This document shows, one piece after another, positions 1-11,784 of a stretch of DNA of 49,417 nucleotides (positions are counted from its first letter, which is position 1; every line of letters begins with the position of its first letter). The notes under the pieces are model-generated. The model was not told where the DNA came from. It did not search any database and worked only from the letters and a program-made list of their open reading frames with translations. The stretch is from positions 1 through 49,417 of the forward strand of contig ADNK01000494.1 in NCBI GenBank assembly GCA_000320545.1. Direction: 5' to 3'. This stretch comes from Bigelowiella natans CCMP2755 (Eukaryota > Protista > Cercozoa). The position numbers and the translations under genes were made by a program.

Positions 1-68
1 TCATTATTGCTATGCACGATAATGACGATGGTGCGCACGCACAACACATAGCGAACACATAACAACAG

Positions 69-303
69 GTACGCAGCGTATCTAAACGGCTACGATGCGG
101 CTTTAGACTTGATTTCTGCGAATCGGTAGTAGTAAAAGTATTTGTAGTAGTATTAGTAGCAGTAGTAGTAGTAGTAGCGATTAACATGCATGCACAATGT
201 GTATACATACACTATGTCCATATAAGTACGATTACATAACTTCTGACCGGCCTTGCTGCTACATAAATAGAATTATAGAGCAATAAATAATTAACCCCTC
301 CCC

Positions 304-352
<49 letters not shown>

Positions 353-1939
353 GCCTTGTACCGGCAGCAAGGGCAATAGGAAGTTTGCTAAATTTCTCTC
401 CAAGCAACGCAAAGGAGATCTTAAGGCAACAATAAAAACAACAACTACAAAATGATGCTTCGACGAACTGATTGTATTCGAATTGATGTGAAACATTGAC
501 AGAATTATTCATAGAACCCCCCCACATACGCGCCATACATACTACAACTAATGTTAAAAAAAGAAGAGATAACCTTGACCTCATGCTGATGAGTAGTGAA
601 GAAAGGGCAAGTTGTCGTCGTCGTCATCATCATCATCATTATCATCATCGTGCTCTTCTTCACACACACACACACACACAGGCCGCGCACAAGTGGAAGT
701 ATATGGACATTGCTTCATATCTCATCATGCCAGTGCAGAGGATACCAAGGTACTAATACCGATGATAATACGGTATTCGTTGTGCCTCGCTAAGGGTCAA
801 GACAGTATAGAACTACCTCTCTGCTTCTCTACTTTCTCCGCCCCCCCTTCATCACCAATTTCCTCTCACTCTCCTTCCCAATCTATCAAGGTACGAGTTG
901 CTGCTGAAAGAGATTATTAAGAACACACCAGAGGGCGATCAAGAGCTTCCTTGTCTGAAGAACGCGCTCGAGATGGTTCGTTGCCTGTGCGAATGCATAA
1001 GGAATGCCGCAGTATTGACAATAGTGAAGACCCAGGATATATCTTAGAAGAATGATGTTGACGCAGCGGCGATGACAATAAGATAGAAATGCTGCTGATG
1101 CTGATGCTTCTGATGATGATAATCAGCACGAGATAGTTGGTCTTATCATCGTGTTGTCATCATTCATTCGTTTATTCCCAATTGTTATCACCATCACCAT
1201 CATCATCATCTGTAGGTTCGGGATGCTGCTCAGCACAACAACCAGAGCATGCGTAGCTACCAAGACGTGCAGAAAATAGTGGAGGTCTTTCTTGTAGAAC
1301 TACAACAAGAAAAACAACAACACCAACAACAACCACACCAACAAGAGAAAATCCGAACATCAAGAAAAGAAGCGTGAAGAGTCAAATACTGTACAAACAT
1401 GTAGCGAGCACCACGTTACTACCATCATCATCACCGCCTTCGCTGATTCAACAAAATACCATAGTCATCACTGATTTTTGGGTTTATCAATACAAAAGCA
1501 AGCCAGCATCATCATCATCATCATTATCATCATCATCATCCATCACCTCCTCTACATTATTATTATTATCATTATTACAGATACAAGGAATTTTGCACGG
1601 CAAGCTGAAGGACGAGATCATCCAGCCACACCGTTGCTTGGTTGGCACGTTTGAAGGCACGGTGTCCACTCTCAGTGAAGAGGACGCAGAGAAGATCTCG
1701 ACTTTGAATTGGTGCGTGTGTGCGTGTGTGTATATGTGTATGTGTGTGTGCGTAAGCGTGAGTAACCTTCGAGAAGACGCAACAAAGCTAAGTGCTTTGG
1801 CTGTTGTGAAGTTGAGACCAGTAGTAGTAGTAGTAGTAGTAGTAGTAGCTTTTCTTCTTCTTCTTCTCCTTCTCCATCAGATAAGTAGTAGTAAAGAAGG
1901 AGTTAGCGTGGCAGTAGTAGCAGCAAGCAACAGCAGTAC

Positions 1940-1974
<35 letters not shown>

Positions 1975-2804
1975 CGTGGTTATTAATAGGGCCTTTTACG
2001 ATGGTGACGGTGACGATAGGGATACGGGCGAGGAGGCGGAAAAAATGCACGCTTTCCGTCGGCGTATGCGGCGCCCAAGCCTGACGAAGTTCCCCAGTGG
2101 TTATTGAACAGAAGATCCAACACACACACACACACACACACACATACACATACACACACATGAAGAAGACGAGATTCGTATAGAATAACTCACGTATGTG
2201 CCGACGCTGCTGGCTTGTGTTGAGATAAGTCCCCACCATCATGGCTCTCATGCACATAATAGCTGTAGGACGTGTGATGTTTGGTTATCATCATGAGAAA
2301 TGAAGATTATGGTAGCAGCTACCACTGCTAAAAGCATGGTTGATAGATAATAATCTCACAACACAACAGCGAATAAAGGTAAAGACGAAAGCAGCAACAA
2401 CAGCGCGGTCAGTCAATTTTAAAAGCAGCCGCAGCAGCAGCAGGAGCAGCATCCAAACAACAAACTAACAACAGTAAGGGAGGGTACTGGAAGGGGGATG
2501 GATCATGTTGTTATTGTCATCAATCTCGCTATTTTTCTGTCTTCTTCTTGCACGCAAGGTCACATGATAAGTGGTATAGTCCTCCAGCTTCCTCCCCGAG
2601 CTCTTCTTACCTATCCTTCTCTTCCTTCCTCGTGTTATATGATGATGATGCAGCAGGTCTTGGACTTTCGTACTGCAATGGAGGAAAAGCTACACCGCCT
2701 CAAAAACTGTAGCATGGTAGGAACGATGCCTCTGCTGTGCGTGTGTAGCAGTGAGTCAATCACCACCAGCATCATGCACATACTATCAAATAGCGAGGAG
2801 ACTT

Positions 2805-2840
<36 letters not shown>

Positions 2841-3308
2841 TCTATGTAATAACCAAGTGTGCGTTCTTAGATGATGTTTTGCACCTACTTCATCACCTCA
2901 GAGAGAAGAACCATGCGACATATTCGTGTTCTCTGATGTCCTAGTTTGGGTTGCTCGACGCGAGGACTTAAATCAGCGTCAGGTATTATTACGAGCGTCG
3001 CAATCATAATCATATTTATAGTCATCATCGTCATAATCATCAGTAGATTAGTAGCAGCATTGATCATAGGAGCAGCAACAGCAGCAGTAGCATCTTCATC
3101 ACTATTAATTCCGCATGAAGAACTCATATGATTTGCTGATATCTTAGCTCTGTGATGTATATCGTCATTGTTCCTCTTTTTCCTCCTCCTCCTCCTCCTC
3201 CTCCTCCTCCTCCTCCTCCTCCTCAACCACTCAATGATTGTTGTCGCTGCTGTATCGCCAGGGCCACCTGGAATTAGATGAGACCATATCGGTAGTCTCT
3301 TATTTATT

Positions 3309-3343
<35 letters not shown>

Positions 3344-3445
3344 GGGTGATAAGTGTGGTCGATGTAGTGGAAACCAGCTGCGCACACACATATACACATA
3401 CACATACATCCACACACACACACACATTCATGTAAAGGTACACCG

Positions 3446-3524
<79 letters not shown>

Positions 3525-3652
3525 TCCGCGCATGTGTGCGTATGATACGAGTAGGCGAAGGATTTAGAAAACACGACCACCGATAAGCCTCTTACTTCGT
3601 GCCTCATATGCTCCCCGGTGGTCAATCTTAGGTAACACAATTAATACCAATG

Positions 3653-3687
<35 letters not shown>

Positions 3688-3894
3688 CAACTGTGTCATT
3701 AGGCGTCTAAGTAGATAGTATTAGAGGTAGCTTGTAGGAGAGAAACTAAGACCCTCCCTCTCCTTATTAAACTGCAATCTCTGATTGTGGATGATTTGAC
3801 CAGGATAAGTTTCATCAAAACGAAGAAACTTGAAGAGTTCAGACACGCCTTTAAGACTTCGCTGGCAGAGTGTTGTTCTCCGTCCTCGCCATAG
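69..3894 (+). CDS. Dbl-family RhoGEF (DH-PH), spliced, 5' part outside window
   Basis: Hand-spliced exons read YAAYLNGYDAALDLISANR / KGNRKFAKFLSKQRKGDLK / AAHKWKYMDIASYLIMPVQRIPR / YELLLKEIIKNTPEGDQELPCLKNALEM / VRDAAQHNNQSMR. LIMPVQRIPRYELLLKEI is the DH-domain CR3 signature. A PH-like segment (EIIQPHRCLVG...DIFVFSDVLVWV) follows. Last exon ISFIKTKKLEEFRHAFKTSLAECCSPSSP* ends at 3894. Middle exon boundaries are approximate. Confidence 0.9.
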
Positions 3895-4290
3895 CATTTG
3901 GGTTGATAGTTCTGCCGATACAATGTCTTCCCCCCCCCTCTCTCACTAAAGAGGAGAGAGGAAGTAGAACTTACGTACATGTGTTGCACACTCACCCAAG
4001 TGCTCACACACAATATCTCTAATATCATAGCTGTAGCTCGGTAGAAAATCACCGACATTGCATTTACTAATCACTAGTCGTCATCTACACCGCTTTACTG
4101 TGTGAACAAGAGGATTGAGTCGGATATCTAGGATGCATCTCTCGTGCCGTGGAAGTTCATGACAGTCGTGAATCTGGAAGTTGCTAATGGCGGATGTGAC
4201 ATTTGTCTCACCAAGTTCACATGTAATTTTTTCGACATTGCTAGCTCATCATGATTAATGCAACGCATGCTTTGCATCAATTGTCAACTA

Positions 4291-5139
4291 CATGAAAGTC
4301 CATCTAGAATTGCGTGTCCGCTGCATGCATTGCACACATCAGACATGTTGCATTTTTCACGCACACACCATCCAAACATGCCTGTGATCATCGCATCAAT
4401 TTGCACAGTTTCAACTGAAATTGCGCAGCTTGCACAATCTGCAATGCCATGCTGGCATGCTGGAATGGGCGTGTCTAGCTAGCTAGCTAGTTAGGTGTCC
4501 ACAGATGTCCACTGGGTGAGTGTGTGTGCATTGTGTGCATGTGTGCGTGTGTGAGTGAGTGAGTGGCGCAACAACCACGACCCACGTTTCATTTCCCTGC
4601 TGTCGGCGGTGGCAAAAATTGCGAAAGTGCCAGAGTGCGCACACGCAACGTGAAAGTTTGCCCACTGTGTCACAGTCGGCAGCATCGTCATGCCTAGATG
4701 CCAGCATGGCTGCAGGTGGCATGATTTTGAACGAATTGCACTCGATCAAGGTGCAGGTTTTGTGCGACAAACTCACTCACTTTTCCAAGCAAGGTGATGT
4801 GCATGGTGATCGAATGAATGAAGCAATTCACAACGTGCCCGAATGATCCGCCTTCCCTCGATCCGGAACAATGAACAATGAACAATGATGACGAACTACA
4901 TTTCCAAAATGTTGCAAGACATTTGCAGTGTGCGAAATGCAGTGCCTCGAACTGGCTTCAGTGAGGACTGTGACTAGCAAATCAACTAGCTGGTTTTTCA
5001 AAATGGCATGATTCAGTCATTGTGAAGCAATGACGGACAGTGGCCCGGAATTTTCATTTTGCGACATGCCCATCCTGTTGCCGTTCGACTGAGAACTGCA
5101 ACTTTTCGTGTGATTTCACATTCTTCTCGGCAAAACACA
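4291..5139. other. TpA-depleted intergenic domain (probable degenerate repeat)
   Basis: Hand count: 10 TpA in about 850 bp (8 CTAG, 1 TTAG, 1 CTAC). Confidence 0.85.
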
Positions 5140-5364
5140 TATTTGGGCTCCGAAGAAGGGTATGGCGTCATCCATGTGGGTTCCGAAATTGCAGCAGCAG
5201 CCTCAAAAGCTGAACTTCCATTAAGAAGAAACATTTTCGGATTGTATTCTCGAGTATTTCCCTTCCTCCCCTCCACAGGGGAGACTCGTGTGAGGGATCT
5301 ACTTAAAGTTGAATTGGGACTAGGCTAAAGTATCGAGCAGAAATTTTCAATCAAAGGAATCTCG

Positions 5365-7804
5365 ATGGCTCTTTACTTATCTCCCTTTCGCCTCTACATC
5401 CTTTCCTCAATTCTTGTCACGGTTATTTGGGGACGCTCAGCAATTCGCGATATCAGCCTTACACCACCGATGGGACTTCGGAGTGCAATTCTTATTCTTT
5501 GTGAATCAAGGCTAAACGTGACGGTAATTATGGTGGGGAGTTGATAGAACAATAGGCACTGTAACGTCATGGATTGATTTTACGCACTCACCTCTCTTCA
5601 ACTTTAGGTCCTTGCCAACATGATGTACGCCCTAATGTGTATTATGGGATGGATAATACAATTGTCCTTCTTTGGCGACTTAACAGAATCTGAGATTCAG
5701 GTGGTCTCTTTGTGAACTACTCCTTCCTTGCTTTCACGGAATCCTCCTTGCCTTTCTCTAAATCTTCTAGCGTACTGATTTTTATGTTTGCCAATCAGCT
5801 GGTGAAAGAACGGACTCTAAATTATATGTTATTTAAAATCGTCTTCATGGGGGCAATTTTAAACGCTGACGTACACGAATTGCTCGTTTGGTGAGATTTA
5901 TCAATATTATACACCATTTTACAATGACACAATATTAGTGTTATGAGGTTTAATCCGTTATGCAACAACTGCACTAATATTTTCAATGATTTTGGGCCTA
6001 CATGGTACATAGGACGACATGGTTCACAGCAATGTGTTTTCTCCGGGCATTTGTGTGTTTATGTGAAGAGCGCTTTGAGATGGTAGACACAAAGTGGGAG
6101 ATACTTGTACACATTGATAATCAAAGTTGCCTTTCTAGCTCTCGACCCGAAAAAATAGGAGAACATTCATTCCGCACTTATTATGATGGTACTTAAAATT
6201 GTAATGTTTTTGCAATGTGGCTTCTTCAGGCCGCAGAAACTGCACTGGCTGGCGACCAGCGTGACGCAATAAGATATCTGTGGGGTGTTCTATCGATATC
6301 CTTTGTTAATGTTGGACTCGCACTTCTTTGTTGGGTTTCTTTTCGAGGGGCTGGACTCTCCGTACTTTTCCTGCTTTTCTTTGAGGTTATTCGTTATCAT
6401 CAATTAGCGGATTGGTTGTTGCGTAAGTTGGTTGGTTTTATGACAGAATATCGTCGTTATGATAAATGGGATGCACACTTCTCTGAAATACGCACTTTGC
6501 ATTTACCTGAGAAGAGATATCAGCACGCACTACAAGTAAGGAGTAATTTTGCATGTATGTTGATAAATGTATCTGACAAGCTTATTCTGCTTCAGTGTGG
6601 TGCTAATGAAATACGTTGATTTCTGCGCGGAGTTTCTGTTGCAACTCGCTAAGCTGGGCCACTTCTTGCAAATATGGAAAATTTATGGCGTTTCCTTCAC
6701 ACTAATAGACTTATTCCTATTCATGAACATGAGATCGGTAAATACCCTCAACCCACTTGTGATGTGATTATATCGAGAGCAGCATGTATCATAACTTTGT
6801 ATTGTTGCAGGTACTCGTTAATATGATTAACTGTGCCTGCGCGTTCCGACTTTATAGACAAGCATTGCTGGAGATAGATTTAAAGTAAACTTCTTTGATG
6901 GCAGTCTATCGCTTTATCTGAGAACATTGTTTTTTTGATGAAAAGAATCCCTGATGCGGCCCCTGAGGACTTAGTTCGCGACGATAAATGTGCTATCTGC
7001 TGCGATACCATGACTACTGGCGCAAAGAGACTTCCATGTCGTCATGTTTTCCATCGGTATTGATATATAGTTATAGCACTTGATTTGTAACTCGTAACGC
7101 TGAATTACATATATCATGGATTATTCGTTGGTAGACAATGCTTGGAGCAGTGGATTCATCAAAAGAGGATATGCCCGTGCTGCAGGGCTCCGATCACTAC
7201 GGTAAGATATCATCATCCAGATGAGAATCAATAGCATTGATGCATAGACCCTAGTACGCGATTTGTTATTCATTATGGTATGCTACAAACTCCTCACAGG
7301 ACAAGAAGAAGTGCGACGCGAAAAATGACGACGTTCAGCAGCCCGCGAATGGAAACGTTGACGACGCAGAGATCATCACACCGCTTCCCTTCCATTTGCA
7401 TGTAACTAGTTTTGTGTGTTACTCTTCGATTCTTGCAGGAAATGTGATACGATATTTGTCAATGTTTTTAGGCTATGAGTTTCATTCGTCGACTCTACTC
7501 CTTCACAGTAACTCATTCATTTCAAAATACCCTTTATTTTCTATGCTAACTTATTGATTGATTAAATCCTCACGCATCACTATGCTCATAGACCGGAACA
7601 CAGGAGAGAGGAAGAAGTGGCGAGTCTTTCCAAATATTAAGCGAAATTTTTCCTCATGTGTCTCACCAGGTAAATTTACAATCGTGCTTCATGTTATAGT
7701 GGCGTTAAATTTTCATTTCCGTTCAGGTAATTTTAAGACATCTAGATGAAGGGCCCAACGTACAAGTGGCAATTGAAAACCTGCTGCAAGCGCACAACTC
7801 GTGA
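5365..7804 (+). CDS. ERAD membrane E3 ubiquitin ligase, AMFR/gp78 (HRD1-family)-like: multi-TM + RING-H2 + C-terminal CUE
   Basis: ATG at 5365 (MALYLSPFRLYILSSILVTVIWG) followed by hydrophobic exons. RING-H2 DDKCAICCDTMTTGAKRLPCRHVFHR/QCLEQWIHQKRICPCCRAP at about 6980-7200. CUE-like SQILSEIFPHVSHQ/VILRHLDEGPNVQVAIENLLQAHNS* ends at 7804. Short GT-AG introns. Confidence 0.85.
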
Positions 7805-8524
7805 TGCACTGATTGAGATTCTAGTGAATTTTTGTATATATATATATATATCGTAGTCATGTACAAACGTAGCAACAAGTAATAAGTAATTTGTAAGTCC
7901 TCAGTCATTTTTCCTTCTATTAAATCACGTTTATCTTATTGTTTTATGTCGTGCAGCATGAACTTTATACACATGTGCATATGATAGCGATTTAACACCG
8001 TCTCATATGCTATGCTAGTATGCCTGCACTGCATAAAAATGCTATACGATATATACGTTAGATAACTCTAGCTAGCTGCGGCGGCCTCGCTCATTTTGTA
8101 GTTATGTAAAGTAGTAACTACGCACGGATGTAATAGTGAATTGGTCAAATATTTTCAATCATCCTGATATAGCTGTGCAAAAGCAGCGGCTACAGCGCTG
8201 ATGTTGTGTCGGTTTGCTTACTGTAGTTTGTCTCTACTATGATGTGTTTCATGCACGTGAAAGCATGTGCATCATGCGCTAGCATGTCGTCTGTATGTCT
8301 AGATGTGTCGTGCAGCACGCGCGATGTCCCGTGTTTCTTTTCCAGTTTGCTTGTTAGCTAGCTTTATAGCTTGAGTGAGCATTTTCGTCTCAGTGTTGCG
8401 TTCCACTACAATGCTAGAATAATGGCTTTCAATTGATTGCACTATCTAGCTATCTAGCTATGTGCGCTGTTGGTGTTTGCTTGTGTGCTTCGCATTGAAG
8501 CAGATGATCCAAATTGTCTTGCAA

Positions 8525-8772
8525 TACATGGACATTAATGTCCATGTACGTGTACGCGCAAGGAACACATGTACCCAGGCACATCACGTGTACTAAAAAG
8601 AGCACATGTGCCATGTTCACGTCTACACGTGCACCAAAAAAGACATGCACATGTACCAAAGTACATGTGAGCGCTGTTGTTTGGCACACATGTAGCTGTA
8701 GGTACATATGAAGTATGTGATGTACACATGTAGTAGACGGGATACACGTACATGGACATTAATGTCCATGTA
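8525..8772. mobile_element. Short non-autonomous TIR element (MITE), 248 bp
   Basis: Perfect 30-bp inverted repeats: TACATGGACATTAATGTCCATGTACGTGTA (8525-8554) and its reverse complement (8743-8772). Flanked by direct GCAA (8521-8524 and 8773-8776). Alternatively the terminal TA is a Tc1/mariner-type TSD. Confidence 0.75.
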
Positions 8773-10167
8773 GCAAAATGTCGCAACATAGCTATCATGC
8801 ATATGTAATAGCAGCTAGCTAGCACACATGCTAGCATGCAAGATGGATGTGCTAGTGTGATCAATCAAATTAAACGTGTCAGCACATCATTAACAAATCA
8901 CTTATCACAGTGCGCAGGCATGTGCGTGGGGCACGTATCGTAGCAACAACTAGTAGCTATATGTGTCATCAACACATGCTGCAGCTATTATTATGAAGGG
9001 AACACTCAAAAACTACTCTAGTACTTACGCCTTGCTTGCATTTGCATCTATGCTACATCCTTCATCACAATGTGCTGCTAGCTAGCCTAGCTAGCTAGTG
9101 CGTGCTATGTTAGCGGCGTCGGTACGCATTGTAGCAGTCTAAATAATTGTTGTTTTGGTGCCGCTTAATAAGTGACTTGATTTACCATAGATGTAAAAGT
9201 ATATTGGAAAATATCTAGATATTGAGCCATCACAAGCATCACAACATACGATGTGCTACGTGTAGTAGTCATGTACAAATGTTAGCAATGTTCCACTGTA
9301 TGCATGCGCATCTCACGCAAAAACTTAGTTCAAAGAACACTAGTATTACAAAAATTTGTTTGTGGTATGATTTTGTGTGATGTGAAATAAAAATGTATAT
9401 TTGTTAAGGTAATTGAAGACTGAAAGTGTGAACGATAGGCTAATCCTGTACTGGTAATTGGCATGCTACTGTATGTGGGTTTTTATGGACACAAAATACA
9501 TTTCAAAATAAACATATACATATGATATAATTCTTGAGTGGGTTGTATCGCACAAAATAAACGCCAAAGTACGTACGAAAAATTACATGCTAGATCATTT
9601 CAATGTCAAGTCGGAATACAATCTTTAAATACCACTAAATTTATTTGAGAAGAAAAATGTAAGAACATAAATGATAACGATCTGGATACATGGAATATGT
9701 TACTGGGATAAATTGAAATTTTTATTGATTCTCAGAAGTCATGGTTTTTATGGGCAAAAAGCAAATGTGTGTGTGTGTGTGTGTGGGTGTGTGTACATAA
9801 ATATATCATCGTATAAATATGTATATGTATAGGTAGTCGTACATAGGTAGTCGTGTATGTATGTTCGTGTTTTTTTGCTTGTTATATGTCTATTATAGTT
9901 TTGAAAAACTCGAAAAAACATTCGATTTCTATCAATCGAACTTCCGTTCAGACCCGTTATGGGATTCATTCATATGCACACAAAAGCACATACGCTATGA
10001 CAAATCGTAGTAATTTATTAGACAAAAACATTTACAACAGCTTGTTCGCACTAGCGCGATAATTCTACTTATCTAACCAAAGCTAACGACATATGGTCGT
10101 CCCAACGCAGGATTTCTACATGTGTTCAGTAGCAGCATCGTACATATCCATTGCCCGTATCTTTCGC

Positions 10168-10589
10168 TTAAATACCACCCCTGGAAACTTGAGCAATCAA
10201 TTGAAAGATGGCTGCGAATATAGATGTCCATAATACCATAAATTCAGATCCGTATTCAACAAAACAATACTCCGATGATTCTAGTGCAAGATTACCTGAT
10301 CCTACTACAACAAAAAGGAAGAATGCAATAGCATATGGTCCAAGAGGATACTTTTCGGGTTTATTCGAACCCTTCGAAACCTAAATTGAATTCGGTTTAA
10401 TGATGAAGCAGCATTTCGATTTTAGAGCACACAGACCTGCCCGCGCTTGTCGATGTTCTCGCTGAACTTTTTATTGCGCATCTTTAAGCTTGCTTTAGAC
10501 GGCTGTTAAATCAATATTGTCAAACATGTGGTTAGCCTCCGAATGATTTCATTCGAGCTCGCGGCAATTTTCCAATTTCCTCTTACCAT
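10168..10589 (-). CDS. SERP1: RAMP4/SERP1 (stress-associated ER protein, translocon-associated), 65 aa, 4 exons
   Basis: Exons 10589-10587 (ATG only), 10502-10437, 10380-10296 and 10211-10168, all with GT-AG borders, give MPSKASLKMRNKKFSENIDKRGQVSKGSNKPEKYPLGPYAIAFFLFVVVGSAIFQLIAQVSRGGI*. This matches the RAMP4 pattern (N.KFS.NI.KRG.V ... GP...F.FVV.GSAIFQ). Missed by the ORF track. Confidence 0.93.
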
Positions 10590-11261
10590 GATTGTGTTGT
10601 GCAATGAAGCAAACAATGATGCGGGGGGTAGGTTCTGTTGAAGTGTGGTAGTGTATGAGATCTAAACACACAGTTTAGTCGCAAATCACTGTTAGAATAT
10701 CCGATATTCATCAAAATGAATAAAAAGGGTCATGTTATCCTCTTTTTTTAGACATTTCTCCTGATAATTGAATAGAGTGGCGCTGAGAGATATCTAATTT
10801 TGGTCTGAAAGGAAAGCAGGTCGGAGCACGAAGAGGTAAGTGCGATTCTGTGCGAAAATGTGATAAAATGTTCTCTTTGTGTGCAAAAATCTCCGCAAAC
10901 TTGCATCAAGATATGTATATCACCGCCCAGGGGATTTCCTTCTCTGACACAACGACAAGGCCTGATTATTCGAAGAATTCTCCTACATCTCGACTCAGAG
11001 ATTCACATCCGAATATATATTTTCTTTGAGTTTTTATATATCGGCGTCACATCGGCAAAGATTTCAGGTGTGAGTCTTTCCATATGATTTATTGGGGCTG
11101 TTTGAAATCATGATATCTTACATAAACGACATGGAATTAAGATGACGTAGGTATTAAATAGGGTTCAAATTTGTAGAAAATGTTAAGATTAAAGCTGCTT
11201 TGGATTGCCACGCAAGCAACTCCGAAAAGGCATAATACCCCTACCCCCATATTAATCGAAC

Positions 11262-11784
11262 ATGCCTCGTAAATCTAGCAAAGAAGCTGCCGTTCCCCAA
11301 AACTCTCTCTTGGCTGCTATTCACCCCGTTACCAAGTTTGGAAAGGACAGCTATCGTTTGATTCAGAAATGCACTAAACCTTCTCAAAAAGGTATCATGC
11401 GAAAACATTTCGAGATTCGATTAATTTTGATGAGTATTTTCTGGAATTAATTGCAAAATGAGTACATATTAATAGCATAAAGGGCAAGATTTATAAACAA
11501 CGTTATCTAAGCGTGCAGCTATTTTATGTAATACCGGTGTAGCACCTTGGTGCATAGCCGATATGGACTTCGTGTGTCACGCGCCGAGGTGTCACTCGAA
11601 AATTGCTAAGTGGGGGAGGAGAATCATTCGGAAAAGTATGATTTTAACCTCCATCTTATGTAAAATTTCAGAATTTAAGAAGATCGCTTTGGCAACCACT
11701 GTTGGTTTTCTGATCATGGGATTTATTGGATTCTTCGTAAAGCTCATTCACATCCCCATCAATAACATTATCGTTGGTTCCTAA
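11262..11784 (+). CDS. SEC61G: Protein transport protein Sec61 subunit gamma (2 exons: 11262-11391, 11672-11784)
   Basis: Spliced product ...[56 protein letters not shown], the canonical Sec61gamma/Sss1 C-terminus. Confidence 0.97.

Noticed and set aside
212-3700. Numerous ORF-track entries with poly-H/T, V/C, S, Y or R/E tracts (here and throughout)
   Set aside because: They are translations of intronic (CA)n, (CAT)n, (TAG)n and (CT)n microsatellites, not proteins.
4291-5139. CpG-methylation decay or fungal-type RIP as the cause of TG/CA richness
   Set aside because: CpG remains common and the missing dinucleotide is TpA. C->T processes would deplete CpG or increase TpA.
8525-8772. CRISPR-like palindromic direct repeats
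   Set aside because: Only two copies about 200 bp apart, extendable as inverted repeats with a TSD, in a eukaryotic context with no cas genes.
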